Part shown: positions 1-17,449 of the stretch, one piece after another
Layout of the letters: every line of letters begins with the position of its first letter
How positions within the stretch are numbered: the first letter of the stretch is position 1
NCBI GenBank assembly: GCA_033442325.1
Contig: JAWQFM010000004.1
Coordinates: forward strand, 1,998,954-2,062,953
Reading direction: 5' to 3'
Source of the DNA: Salpingoeca rosetta
Taxonomy: Eukaryota; Protista; Choanoflagellata
Length of the DNA stretch: 64,000 nucleotides
Position numbers and translations under genes: made by a program
The notes under the pieces: generated by a model
Seen by the model: the letters and a program-made list of their open reading frames with translations, nothing else
What the model was told of the DNA's origin: nothing
Database searches by the model: none

Positions 1-718
1 CTGCACAGCAAACACGCCAACACCAACAGCAGCAGCAGCAGCAGCAGCAAGTGTCTTGCCGTCAGATGGCCAAACAGCACCAACAGCAGCAGCAGCCGCG
101 TCAGGCCGCTCTCAACGCTTCACCGCCGCCGGTCACGCCAACGGTGGCGGCGGCAGCAGGAGGTGGCGGAGGTTCCGTGCAACAGCAGCAACAGCAGCAG
201 CAGCAGCGGTATGTCTTCATTGACAACGGCAACATCTTCGTTGGTGCGCAGAGCCTGGCCAACGGGTCGATGGATCTCGCCATCCGCCTCAACGTGCGCG
301 TGTTCTCGGATCTGATTGAGGAGAAGTGCGTGTGTGCAGCGCGGGAGGTGGCGGCGTCGCGGCCCTCCAATCCGCAGATCTGCAACGCCTGGCGCAAGAT
401 CAACTATGCCGTGTTCAACGACACGCGCAGCCAGACGGCGCACCAGATTGTGACGAGCCGCATTGCCACCGCCATCCGCAACAGCCGCGGCCCCAACACG
501 CTCGTGCTGGCGACCGGCGACGGCAGCCAGTACCCGGACCTTGCTGCCATGGCCGCGGCCAAGCGGTGGCGGGTGATTGTGTGGTCGTGGAACCGCTGCC
601 TCAGCGACAAGTTCCGCAAGCTGCAGTGCCGCTTCCCAGACAACATTGAGATTCGCGCGCTGGACACGTACCGCTCGCAGATTACGTTTATGGCCAACGG
701 CCGCCGCGAGGGCATGAT

Positions 719-753
<35 letters not shown>

Positions 754-869
754 GCGGTGTCGGCAGCACTGGTGCTGATGGTGGTGATGCGCAGGGTGCG
801 GGTGTGTCTGCCGCCACTCGCCGCCAGCACAACCAGCAGCAACAACGGCAGCGACACAGGCACCGCTAG
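1..869 (+). CDS. NYN-domain (PIN-fold) ribonuclease-like protein with poly-Q flanks; probably 5'-partial
   Basis: Motifs YVFIDNGNIF and LVLATGDG..YPDL...WRVIVWSW are typical of NYN/LabA-like domains. The frame is open from the window edge to TAG at 867-869. Confidence 0.8.
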
Positions 870-2150
870 CGTGTTTGTGTGATAGCGATTCTGATATCCA
901 TTGTGATATCCGATTGTGAAACCGATAGTGATGCGAGGCGTCGTGCGTTGCGTGCTCTCGTTTTTGAATTGAATGCGTCCCCCTATCGAAAGCGCGCCTT
1001 TCTTGTCGTTGTCTTTGTTTGCATACAGCACGGGCTGCTGTCCTCCTAGTGATCACTTGCGTTTCGTGTGTTTTGCGTGCTGCCCAAGATCTTCCTCTGT
1101 CCCTCTTTCTCATCTAATCAAGCATATGCATGCTCATGCTTGCAAGCAACGCTGAATGGCGCTGTGCTTGCGTTTCTGTTGTCCTTGTTGTTGGTGTTTT
1201 TCCCTTCATTCCCTCTTCAATTGCTTCTGACTGCTCCTTGCCTGCCTGCTTTGCTTTGCTTCTGTTTGTTGTCGTCGTCGTAAGTGCCATTCGTAAGTGG
1301 TTTTGTTTGCGCGCGTATTCAACCCCCCAAGGAACAACTAAACAACCCCACGTGAACCGTGATGTGACACTTGATGTGCGCGTGTGCGTGTGCGTGTGCG
1401 TGAATATTGTTTGTGAACACTGATTGCGTCTCTCTTCATTTCTCTCTTCATTTCTCTCTTCCCAGAAACCCCCCCCCCGCCCCATGACTCGCTGACTGGA
1501 TTTCTTCCTTCACTCAATTCATCAAATAGCACGTGCACGTGCACGAGAGCGAGCAAGCAACGACCCATGACATGCGAGCGACGCTAAACAACAAACTGCG
1601 GCAGCAGGAGCAGCCGTTGGATTCGGTAACAACGCGAAACGAGCAGATAAAAGCAAGGGGGAGGGGGGTTGAAAGGGAGAGAGACGAGAGGGGAAGGGGA
1701 AGGGCAGAGAAACAAGTTCATACAAACGCACACACAGAGCAAAGCGTGTTTGTATGCACAGCGGTTGTCAACAGCACACGTGTACAGGAAAGAGAAACAA
1801 AGAGATTACAAATACACACAGGCAACAGAGCACCACGTGCCAACGTAACTCGGCAGTGGGCATAGTGAATGAAAGGCAGCCACGCACACACACACATACA
1901 CACGTGCATGCACAAAGCAGCACAGCAGCCAACCATGAGATATAGCATGAAGAGAGGGGAGAGCTGGAATGAAAGTGGGAGGCGCGGTGCAAAGTGGGGA
2001 GGGGGCGGGACGAGGGAAGAACGGCATCACAAACAAAGAAACAGACAGACACACACACACAGACAGACACAGACAGACACACACACACACACGAAAGGTT
2101 GCTGCAGCAACAACCCCAACGCTACCACATCCCCCTCTCCTCCCCAGCCA

Positions 2151-2487
2151 CTAGAAGGTGAGGGTGCGCAGGAGCGAGTAAATATCGTCGGCCTCAGCCA
2201 CCTCCTCGAAAAAGGGGATGAGGTCTCTGAGCGCGGTGTCCGTCGGGTCGTCGATCCACGTCTGTATGGCCACCGCGTTGTTCGGGTGGTACGCGTACGA
2301 CGCAGGCGCATTGTCCACAATGATCGTCTCGTCCACGTTCCGCCCAAGCCGTGACAGGTCCTGATGGGCGTTGGGGGGGGGGGGAATTGGTTGAAGGAGG
2401 TGGAGATGTGTGCGAGAGAGTGAGTGAGTGTGGATGTGGAGTGAGTGAGTGTGTCGTGAGCTTGTGTGTGCGTGCGCGGGTGTGAGA

Positions 2488-2570
<83 letters not shown>

Positions 2571-2904
2571 TCAATCACACACGTGCAAGCCCCCCCCCCA
2601 CACCAACACACCAACATCCCTCCCCTCCACCACCTCCCGTGCGCACCTTGATGAAGACGCCGTGGGACATGACGCAGTGCTCGCGGAACAGGCGGTGGGC
2701 GATGGCGCTCCCGGGATCAAGCAGGTCCGCCACGGGGTCCGCATACTGATGTGAACAAGTGGGGGAAGGGGATGGCGGTGATAGAGGTGAGGGAGTGAGT
2801 GAGTGAGTGAGTGCGAAAGGGGGAAGGTGCAAATGATTAAGAACGCACACACACACACAGACACACACAGACACACACACACACACACAGACGCACAGAC
2901 ACAG

Positions 2905-2935
<31 letters not shown>

Positions 2936-4074
2936 CGCACACACACACACACACACACCAACAACAACACTCCCCCCTTGCCCCCATCCCCAACACCTCG
3001 CCTTCCCCACCTTTGAGAGGCTGGCGGTGAAGAGGACAACCTCGAAGAGACCGCCCACGACACGAAGAAATTCGTCCACGTGCGGGCGCTTCAGCACATA
3101 CACGCGGTGCTGAATCCCGTCAATCTCAATCGGAATCACAAAGTCAGCATTGTCCACGGGCTGAAACAATGATGGTGGGTGGTGATGGGGGTGAGGTGGG
3201 ATGATGGTGAGGTGGGTGTGAGTAAGGTGGCGGTAAGAATGACCGTTGAGCATGCACAGGTGAGAACTTTGGAAACACAAGGCAACACAAGGAAGACATG
3301 CAGCACAGCGTGCACATGATTTATGACGGCAACCGTTGTAAACCCCCTTCCCCCTTCTCAACACAGATGTGCATCGCAATCACCTTGAATGAGCTGTGCA
3401 CGAGGGTCTCGTCCAAGTCCAGCACTAAGCATTTCCTGTTCGTGTGCGGACTCCCGGGCTCCGGCAGCAAGTTGTGGCCAGGATCCCGGTGCTGTCGATG
3501 GAAAGAAAAATGGAGGGGGTGGCATGGGGTCAATGCGAAGCGTTTGAAGCAACGTGTCAGCGTGAGAGCAACAACAAGAACAGCAGCATCACGAGCTTTC
3601 CCTTCTCCACACACACACACACAGACCACCAACTGACCACGGGCGGCTGCCAGGTCACCATTGGCCTCGGTGCCTCTGGTGCATTGTGGCGTTTTCTTCT
3701 GCAGCGCGAAAAGAGAAACCCGCAGAAGCAGGACGTCGACTGCTGGCTATCCTCATCCTCTGCAGCAGCAGTGTGCATGTGCGTGCGTGCGTGTGTATGT
3801 GTGTGTGTGTGTGAAGGAGTGTGTGTTTGTATGCACTGAGCAGTGTCGATTCAGACACAACAACAACAACAACAACTTAAACAACAACAACTTAAACAAC
3901 AACAACTTAAACAACAACAACTTAAACAACAACAACAACAACTTCAACAACAACAACAACTTAAACAACAACAACAAACCCCACAGCCAACACAGTGCAT
4001 CACTCACCATCAACAGGGATGATGGGCGTTGTTTGTCCATTTTGGTCGACTTGCGTCACCAAATTCTCTGCCAT
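2151..4074 (-). CDS. CTDSP: CTD small phosphatase (SCP/NIF family, FCP1-like HAD phosphatase), about 6 exons
   Basis: Exons read [54 protein letters not shown] and DLSRLGR..IIVDN. ATG at 4074, TAG at 2151-2153, GT-AG introns. Confidence 0.92.
3858..3977. repeat. (AAC)n / AACAACAACAACTTA minisatellite in CTDSP intron 1
   Basis: Tandem units directly visible. Confidence 0.85.
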
Positions 4075-4749
4075 CCCGCCTGCCTCAACAGCGTGTATCC
4101 AGAAACAAACGCATGCAGTCACATGAGTACACGCACAACACATGCACAGATCGCAACGCTCCCCACACATTACATTACATCCAACAACAACCAAACCCTC
4201 CACACAACAACAGCGACCTTGCGCACCATGCTGCGCACTCCAAGCCAACCTTCCAACCTGTGCTGGGCGACGGGTATGTGACAGCTGGTTCACTAGGCCT
4301 CCAATCAAGCCAAGCTAACGGCAACTCCTGCAACCCCGTGATGTACAGCAGAGTCAGGTTGATGCCCAACACAGCGATCAAACCAAAACACACACACTCA
4401 CAAACACACACACGCACACACGCACACTCTTCGTTCCCAAACACAACACTCACCAAAGGCGACGGCAAAAAGGAACAAGTCAGTGCGTAAGCGAAGAGGT
4501 GCCAACACTAAACGACGCGCGTGTGTTTGAGTGCGATGCGTGTTGGAGGAGAGGATGACGAAGGGAACGGAGAGGAGAACAACAACAACAACAGTGCCAA
4601 CAACAGCAACAAGGGGTGAGGTGGAAATGGTGGAACGACAACACAACAACAAGCACCACCCACAGTTATGAAGATTTGCTGAAGTTATCAACCAATTTTC
4701 AGCAACCAACAGACAAAGCACACAAAGCACACACGCACAAACAAAGCAC

Positions 4750-5867
4750 ATGGCAGCGAAGATGGAAGGTGTTGGCGAGAGCAAAGCGCTGTTCCAGGCT
4801 GGTGTTGGGCATGCCTTTGATGACTGGGATGTTGTGGGCAAGGCCATCGACAACCAGTGGGGTGGAGAGCACACGGATGAGAAGGTGGAGTGGATGAAGG
4901 AGGTCGTCGCAGAGTGGTTCTTCGAGATTCCTGGCGGTACGCTTTGTGATGCGTGTGCCGTGTGTGTGTGTGTGTGTGGTGTGATATGTGCGTATGTGTG
5001 ACGTGTGTGTGCCGTGTGTGTGTGTGACGCCTTTGTGCCGTGATTGCGTGTGTGTCGTGTGTGATCGCGTTGTGCACAATCTCACACTATTACCACACTA
5101 TTACCACACTGTTCCCACACTGCTCATACTATTACCACGCTACCATCCACGCTACTATCCACACTGCCATCATCTCATCCATCTGCACACCTCCTTGCTC
5201 TGACACCAGAGCCACCAACGGCCCAGGAGGTGGCGTGGTACATTGGGGAGATCTTCACAAACGAGTTCAACGTCATGAACGACGGCAGCATGGCCAGCGA
5301 CGTGAGTGCCCGCTTGTTGACCGCGATTGCTGTGTGATTGTACATGCTGTTGATGTCGTGGGTTTCACGAGCCTTGCCTTGCCTTGCTCAAAATAGTTTG
5401 TCTCACCAACGACCATCTCATGTCGTGGCGTCGCTGCCGTGCAGATTGCGGCAGTGCTGGTGGATCTGTTCCGCCTCCAGGCAAACAACAACACAGCTGA
5501 ACTGCAGAAGTTCTGTGAGGAAGCGGAGGCAAGGCACGCCAAGTCGTCGAGGGCCCGCGGTCGACGACCCCGCCGCGCCGAACCAGACGCGATGGCGGAG
5601 AGCGATGATGCCAGCGGCGACGACGACAGCGATGACGATGACGATGACGATGATGAGGAGGAGGGAGATGGGCAGGACGGTAACGCCAACGAGGAGCAGG
5701 AAGAAGACGATGGCTGGACCACGGTGGGGCCGAAGTCGGGCAAGCAGAAGGGGAAGAAGCAAAAGGGCGGCAAGGGATCAAAGAAGAAACACCAACAGCA
5801 GCAGCAGCAGCAGCAGGCGGTGCCGCAGTTGGAGTCTGGCATGGACAGCGTGCAACTGAATGAGTGA
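4750..5867 (+). CDS. TSR2: Pre-rRNA-processing protein TSR2 (WGG domain), 3 exons, acidic/basic tail
   Basis: FQAGVGHAFDDW...AIDNQWGG..TDEKVEWM in exon 1. Further exons at about 5210-5301 and 5444-5867 with DDGWTTVG in the tail. Confidence 0.88.
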
Positions 5868-5885
5868 AACAAGTGTGCGTGCGTG

Positions 5886-5974
<89 letters not shown>

Positions 5975-6193
5975 GTGTAGTGTGTACATTGGCTTTGAGG
6001 CCGCGATACTTTGGGCGCTGTTGCGTTGAGAGCTCGAGTGATTTCAATTAGACCAAGCGATAGCCGAGAAGAAAGCGGAATGCACAACAGAGGCTGCCTG
6101 TTGGAGAAACAACGCGTGGGCGAGGGCGGACGTGTGTACACAACCCACACCTCACAATTACACCACCACGACGCTACACGATGACCATCACCA

Positions 6194-9612
<3,419 letters not shown>

Positions 9613-9651
9613 CGCAGCGCCGTGTCTGTGCTGGTCTGTGTGTGTGTGTGT

Positions 9652-9704
<53 letters not shown>

Positions 9705-9782
9705 CAGTGTTGTCTTGTCTGTGTGCACACAAACACGAGCGAAAAAACGGCGCCCACAACAACAACAACAACCACAACGACG

Positions 9783-10680
9783 ATGGACAACACGAACCGC
9801 AGCAGCAACGGGCTTGGTGGGTTGGCGCAAGGATGGCGGCACCCGCGGGTGGTGTTCTTCCACATGCTGTTCAAGCTGGGAGCGTTGCTGACGTACATCT
9901 TCTGCACGGTGTTCAGCTCCTCCTTCATCATCAACTTCATCGTCATCACCGTGCTCATCGCCTGCGACTTCTGGATGGTCAAGAACGTCTCTGGCCGCTT
10001 CCTCGTCGGCCTGCGCTGGTGGAATCAGGTATGCATGTGTGCGTGTGTGTATCTGTGTGTGTGTGTGTGTGTGCATCTCTGTGTGTGTCTGTGCGTGTGT
10101 GTGTGTGTGTGTGTGTGTCTACATGTCTACTTCTCTGTCTGCCCTCTGCCTCTCTGTCACCCTGCCACCCACGCTTTGCCTCCCGTCCATTCTTTCTCCC
10201 CCCCCCCCCCAAAAACACAAGCATCCCCCGCAAGGGAACCCCCCCCCCCTCCCTTCTACCTCCACCACCACACTACTCTACTCAACCAGATTGATGACGA
10301 AGGAAACAGCAAGTGGCGCTTCGAGTCACGCAAGGTGTTGCACTTACTGCGCTAGCTGTTGGACATTGTCGCCTTGTCCTCCTGTTAGCGTGCCAGCGCT
10401 TCTTTCGCCTCCTCACCACCACTCTCCCTTTCATTCGCCTCTTCCTTTTCTTCAGGGAGGAGATCCGCCTGATGCGTCAGAGTCGCGCTTGTTCTGGTGG
10501 TCGCTCTACATCTTCACCTTCATCTGGGGTGTCCTCGGCTTCTTTGCCTTGATACGGCTGCGCCTCTCATACCTGGTGTGTGTGTGTCTGTGTGTCTGTG
10601 TGTGTGTGTGTGTGTGGGTCTGTGTGTCTGTGGGTCTGTGTGTCTGTGGGTGTGTGTGTGTGTGTGTGTGTGTCTTTATA

Positions 10681-10718
<38 letters not shown>

Positions 10719-11069
10719 CGAGTCTACTCTGTATGTGTGTGTGTGTGCGCATGCCCGTGTCCCTCTGTGTCTGCTTCTGCGCGTCACTGTCGCCATGTCC
10801 CGTCCACCCCACCACCTCTCACCTCTCACCCCAACCACAACCCCCCCCCCCCCAATCTCACCACCAACACTACAATTCCCTTTTCACCTCAGCTGGTGGT
10901 TGTGATTGCGATACTGCTCAACTCGTCGAACGTGGTCGGCTACCGCAAGTGCCAGCGCAACGCCACCAACCAGCGGCAGGACGTCGCCAGCGCATACATC
11001 AGCTCCCACATCACCCAGTCCCTCACCCAGGCCGTCACGTCGCAGCTGTTCAGGGGACAGGCTGCTTCC

Positions 11070-11101
<32 letters not shown>

Positions 11102-11120
11102 CGCACGGCCCTCCGCATGA
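9783..11120 (+). CDS. TVP23: Golgi apparatus membrane protein TVP23/FAM18, 4 exons
   Basis: HP..FFHMLFK, ACDFWMVKNVSGRFLVGLRWWNQ|IDDEGNSKWRFES, ESRLFWWSLY and NVVGYRKC. Exons about 9783-10028, 10290-10334, 10455-10575 and 10893-11120. Confidence 0.95.
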
Positions 11121-11610
11121 CGACGGCAGCTGGAGAGACGATGATACGGGCATGTAGGAGAGCTGTAGCACTTGTTTTCGTGCGTGCTGTTGTTTGCGAC
11201 ACACTGCTGGTTGCATGCCGTTACACTTGCATTGCAGCACAGTGGCTCTGATCTGATGTGATGATGTGCAGCATAAGATAAACCCAATCCTTCTTCCAGT
11301 CCATGTGTGTGTCTCACACTCTCAAAGTCGATGACATGGCTGCACGGGTAGAATGGGGGGGGGAGTCGTGTATTGTTGTTGAACGGTGGAGGGAAACACA
11401 CGTAGGAAACGCGAGTTGTGGGAATGGAACGCGTGCATGTGCGTCAAGGAAAACGGTGCGCACACGCAAAACGGAACAGCATGACACGAGTGGTGACAGC
11501 GAGGGTGGTGCAGGATGCATCCAGTGTCGTCATCGAGCGTTGACCATCAGCAACTCAGCTTCAGCTCCGCCAACACCAACCACGCGTGCCTGCAAGCACG
11601 TGCTGCGCAC

Positions 11611-13797
11611 TCAGAGGCTGGCCCAGAACGCGTCGTTGGCGATGGAGGAGCTGCGGAGGAAGTTTGCAAAGCCCGCAGCGACGCGGATGGACTCGAGCAC
11701 CTGCTGCACGCGGCGGTCCGTGCCGGGGATCGGATGCTCCTTGAAGAACTGCTCAACCTCCGCAGCGTGCTCTGATGGGGGGAAGAAGGGGGTGGAAAGG
11801 AAGGATGCGGTTTGGTGTTGTAGTGGTGAAGGGTGGGACGAGAAGAACGACACTGGTATCAAAAAGAGGGAATGCACACAACAGCAAAGAATGTGCCGCC
11901 TCCATCTGTAGCTCCTCATCCACACTCCCAAACCCCTACTCTCCTCCACCTCATCTCCTCCCTCTCCACCTCCTGCACTTCAACGCCACAGCTGAACGCA
12001 CCTTCGGTGTTGCCGTATGTGCTGTAGACGATGACGGCGTGCATGAGGCTCGGGTTGGCCTTGCCAATCATCTTGCGGTACTTGTCCACGTTCTTCTTGA
12101 AGTACGACCACGCCAGGCGCTGGCCCATCCGGTTCGACGTCGACACTGGTGTGTGTGTGTGTGTGTGTGTTGGGGGGAACGGTTGAGGCGTGGGTTATCG
12201 TGTGGAATAGGAAAGAGAGACAAAGAGGGAGTACATCCACAACCGTACACGCACAGCCATACACGTACACACGCGCACAACCATCACATGACACTCAACT
12301 CCAACCCCCAAACGCCCCCTCCCTCCACCTTGCTCCGCACCCCCAACATCCCCCCCCACACCCACCCACACACACCCCAACGCACCGCTGGCGATGGTGT
12401 AGAAGAAGTCCTGCAGCTTGACGGCGCCGGACGTGGTCCAGTCGAGCGCAGCCGTCTTCAGCTCCTCCGTGGGGCCAAACCCGAGCGCGTGCAGCACCTG
12501 CTTGCGGTCCGCGTTGTTGTTCAGCGACTCAAACAGGCCAATCAGCTGCTCGTACTCCGTCCGCCCGCCGTTCTTCAGCGCGAGCGAGTACACGGACGTG
12601 CGGTAGTCGCTCGGGCATGCGGCCGTGTCTGCAGGGTTGGCCAGCACGCTCTTGAAGCGGCGCCGCGCCTCAGCCACCACCTGCTCGTCGTCGGAGAACT
12701 TGGCCAGCAGCGCAATGAGCGTCTGCCGCAGCAGCTTCGTCAGGTGCCCGTCGCTCTCCTTGGCGTCCCAGCCCACCTTCTTCGCCGCGGGCTCCACCAG
12801 CGACGCCGCCAGCGCGCGCAGGTGCTTGGACAGCGCCTCGTCGGAGAGCAGCGCCTTGTGCAGGCCGTTGAGGGCCGGGGCAATGGCGTCCCACACCACG
12901 CACTCCTCCTCGCCCTTGTATGCGTTGAGGAGCGTGATGAGGAGCTCGGGCTGGAGCTTCTTGGCATTGGTCAGCGCCATGCAGTCCAGCAGTAGGCCCG
13001 CACGGTCCTGCGTCGGCAGCGTGCGCTCCCTAGGGAAAGAGGGGTGGAGAAGGGAGGGGGATGAAGACGTGTCGTGGGATGTGAGGTGAGAAACGGTGTG
13101 CAGTTGAGGATTCTGGAAGCTGTGCACGCACATGGAGGCGCACACGCATACACACACACACACGCATACACACACAGGCACGCAAACAGGCACACACACA
13201 TAGAGGCGCACAGGTACACAGGCATACACACCACCCAACCACACACACACACACACACACGCACTTACTTGACGCCTGCGCTGAGGCGCTTGAGGAGGTC
13301 TGGCGAGTAGATGACGCGCATGGGGACCGGGTGGCCGAAGTTGACCTTGACCCACTCCCCCGACTTGCACGGCACCTTGAGCGTGAACGTCTCGTCCGAG
13401 ACGAGCTGCACCTTGGCGTCGCGGTGTGAGGCAGAGGCCGCGACAACGGGCAGCGTCCACGTCTTCTTCTCGTCGGGCTTGGCCTCGGAGCCGTCGGCGA
13501 GGAACCACGACTGCGTGCACGTGAGCTCAACCTCGTCTGCAGTTTCGGACTTGATGTCCACCTTGACGACAGGGTAGCCCATCTGCTCCGTCCACGACTT
13601 GGCCAGGTCGCTGGTGGTGGAGTTGGCGCGGGTGGAGGGGGGGGGGGGTTGTGTTGGGTTTGTCATGAGTGATAAGAACCGTGGTCGCAGCAGAACGAGA
13701 CACACATGATGAAACACAAGCATGTGGCAGCATTGGACGTCGGGTACATTTGAGAAAACACACACACGAACACACACACACACACGCACATGCATAT

Positions 13798-13829
<32 letters not shown>

Positions 13830-15317
13830 ACACACACACACATACGTATGCACACGCATGCACATACACGCACCACGGCTGACTTACGCGACGGGCATGC
13901 CGGAAGCGTCGGCCCAGGCCTTCCACAGGTCGGTGGTCTCCGTGTTGCCGTACTTGTGGGCCTCAAAGTACGCGCGAAGGCCCTGCTGGAACGCGGCCTC
14001 CCCAATCACCGTGTTGAGCATGCGGATCACGCACGCGCCCTTGCAGTAGCTGATGGCGTCAAACACCTGCGTTTGTATGTATGTATATGTGTATGTGCGT
14101 GTGTGTGTGTGTATGTGTGCGTGTATGTGTTTGTGTGTGAAAGGAATGTGGCAGGCAATGTGGTTGGTGCACGTTAGCAACAAGGCAACGAACAACCATC
14201 CTATTCCTCCCTCCACCACTGCCACTACCACGGCCACGACCATTGTCCCTCCACGATCCCCCTTCTTCTCCTTCCCCTCCCCCCACCGTCTCTCCCTCCT
14301 CTCCACTCCTCCATTCCTCCTCCATTCCTCCCCCGCCCAGCGCACCTCTTCGACTTCGTGTGCGTGCTTGATGGGGACTTGGATCGGATGGCTGGAGCGC
14401 AGCGAGTCGAGCCGCAGCGCCGCCGCCAGGTCGCTCGTCACAAACTGCTGCCACAGCTGCCACTCGGGATGCAGCTTGTCCGCAGCCCACGTCTGGCGGT
14501 GGTATTGTGGCGGTGGCGGTGGTGTGATCGTGGTGGCAGCGAGCGGCATGTGAGCGCGGTTATTGGGGGGGGGAGTGGGGGTGGATGAACAAGAGGCGCA
14601 GTTTGGCGAGTGGAAGCAACATTGACACAGCACGACACGTGTTACCTGGAGGAAGCAGGCGAATCCCTCGTTGAGCCAGAGGTCGTCCCACCCTGCAATG
14701 TAGATAGAATGGGGTTGATAGAGTGGTGGGTTGATGAGTAGTGGGTCGATGGATGGTGGGTCGGTGCACACAGGAACACAGGAACACACATACACACAAA
14801 CACACACGCACATACACACGCACACACAACGTAGACAAAGGGTGCACAGTAGGTGGATGATGGCTTACAGGCCATGGTGACGAGGTTGCCAAACCACTGG
14901 TGTGCGAGCTATTTTGTGATGGCGGCGGTGATCAAGGGAGTGAGTGCAACATGCAGTTTGAAGATGCAAGCAAGCAGGGCCAGGCAAGTATCCCTTCCTT
15001 GTCATCAACACCCCCGCCATCACCACTCGCCACCATCGTCGCACCTCATGGGTGACGACGGTGCAGACGCGCTGGCGCTGTGCGGATGTGGCGCTCGCCT
15101 CGTCCACCAACAGATCCACTTCACGGTACGTCACCAGACCCCTGGTAGTTGTGGCGGTGAGTTGTGAGGGGAATGGTACATGGGGAACGTTGACAGTGGT
15201 TGCAACAGAAGCACAGACAGGAACAGACACAAACGCACGCACGCACGCAAGAAAGCTAGTGCACACACGACACGACACACACACACACACACACGACATA
15301 CACACACACACACACAC

Positions 15318-15404
<87 letters not shown>

Positions 15405-16438
15405 TACCCCACCCCCCTTTCCCCATCCCAAAACAAACCAGTTCTCCATGGCGCCGGCGGCAAAGTCGGGGATGGCGATCATGTCCATCTTGGGGAGTGG
15501 GAAGGCGATGCCAAAGTAGTCGTCGTACAGGTCGAGGCACTTGACGCCGCAGTCCAGCGCAAAGCGGGCGCGGTCCACCATGCCCGGTGTCGAATAGCAC
15601 CGCATCAGCACGCCGTGCTGAGTCGTGCCCTGCACAAACTCAAACTCGCCCACGCACATGGCGAGCAGGTAGGAGCTCATCTTCGGCGTGTCCATAAAGG
15701 CCACGCGCTTCTTGCCGCCCTTGAGGTACTCCACGCGGCGCTCGGGCATGTTGGACAGCGCCGTCAGGTGGCTGTCGATGACCAGCGTCACGCCAAACGT
15801 GGCCTTGGCGGCAGGCTACGATGATGGTTGGGAGGGGGGGAGGAAGAAAATGAAAGTGANNNNNNNNNNNNNNNNNNNNNNNNNNNNNNNNNNNNNNNNN
15901 NNNNNNNNNNNNNNNNNNNNNNNNNNNNNNNNNNNNNNNNNNNNNNNNNNNNNNNNNNNTGTATATCACTTTCGATTGTGTATCTATATTATAGGTTTCT
16001 TTTTTTTTGTTTTTATTCTTGAATCTCTTTTTTTTAGTTCATTAATTGCTTCATTTTTTTTGTATTTATAAAATATTATTTTATATTTTGCTATTGGGAA
16101 AAATGAAATAAAAATGAATATTAGTGAAAATAAATAACCTGATTTTGTATATAAACAATATTAATTCCTTATAATTTTGTTGTTTGGCTGTATGAAAGAT
16201 AAAGAGTGTAGCGCATGCTAGATGAATGCATGCACGCACGGAGCTGCAGGTAACAGGGCGAAGAACAACACAATCGTGCACAGCAAGTATGCAAACACAC
16301 ACACACACACGCAAACACACACACACACACAAACAAACACAAACACACACACATACACAAAGAACACACCCACAAAACACCCACAACACCAGCACACACA
16401 ACACAAAGCACCCACAACACAAAGCACCCACAACACAA

Positions 16439-16509
<71 letters not shown>

Positions 16510-16966
16510 CGTCCCAGCATGGGAGGATGCGGCGGGCGTCGATGGCCTCGCACTGGGTGGTGACCATGACCTTCTCCTGGCCGTCAATGTCCTTGTACGA
16601 GGAGCGGTAGAACCCGGCCATCTGGTTGTTGTGCTCGCCAAGGTATTCAATGTGGATGCGGCCCTTGCCGAGCGGCACCTCCTTCTCAAACTGGATGGTC
16701 ACCGTCTGCATCTTGGTGTCATAGTTGAAGCCGGTCGCTTCCGTGGAGAAGCCCTTCTCGCCCTCGGACTTGAAGGTGGCAGACTGGATGTACAGCTCGC
16801 GCGAGTGCAGCTGCACGCTGTTCACGGACTTCTGCACGTCGACGTGGATGTCGACGGACGCCTCGAAGATGAACTTCACCAGGTTCGGCGTGATGGTCAC
16901 ATCATAGTGCTTCGGCACAAAGTCCTGCGGCAGCAGAACACGCTCGGCCTTGACCTTCGCAGACAT
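11611..16966 (-). CDS. NPEPPS: Puromycin-sensitive aminopeptidase (M1 metallopeptidase), multi-exon
   Basis: TQCEAIDARR..PCWDE, GAMENW, HE|LAHQWFGNLVTM (HEXXH split by an intron), WDDLWLNEGFA, FDAISYCKG and SWTEQMGYP. ATG at 16966, TGA at 11611-11613. Confidence 0.95.
15860..15959. other. Assembly gap (N run) inside an aminopeptidase intron
   Basis: Ns followed by AT-rich, probably low-quality sequence. Confidence 1.
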
Positions 16967-17197
16967 GGTGGCTGTGGGTGTGAGGTGGGGTTGGAGTGTG
17001 TTTGCTTGTGTCTGACAGAATCGGTGGACAGAAGCAGAAAGTCGTCGCAGTTGGCAGTGGAAACTGTGTGTTTGTGCAACTGAAAAAAGCAACAGGAGCG
17101 CAAGCAATGCAAAGGCAAAATTGACCTCAAGTTGGCTTTTGTGTTGTGTCAACCCTCGTGCATCGACCACGATGATGGCAAAACATGTAAGCGACCA

Positions 17198-17315
17198 TCC
17201 ACTGCACCCTGCACAGCTGCACCCTAGTAGTACAGTACACCCTTCACCCTGCACATTACACCCTACACCCTAGTACAGTACACCCTACACCCTGTACCTT
17301 GAACCCTACATCCCC
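17198..17315. repeat. Degenerate CACCCT(A/G) short tandem repeat
   Basis: Multiple ACCCTA/ACCCTG units interspersed with AGTAC. Confidence 0.6.
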
Positions 17316-17449
17316 TTCTGTGCTCATGGGTGTTTCATGCCCTTGCCACTTGTTGGTTGTTGTGCTTGCTTGCTGCCTTGCTGCAGCTTTCGTCGTGGCT
17401 TGCAGAATTGCTCGAAAGCCCGTTTCGCACAGCGGTGCGCTGTGAGCTC

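Noticed and set aside
15960-16200. Strongly AT-rich segment that could be a foreign insert
   Set aside because: It is adjacent to an N gap and fades into a garbled CA repeat, typical of low-quality read ends.
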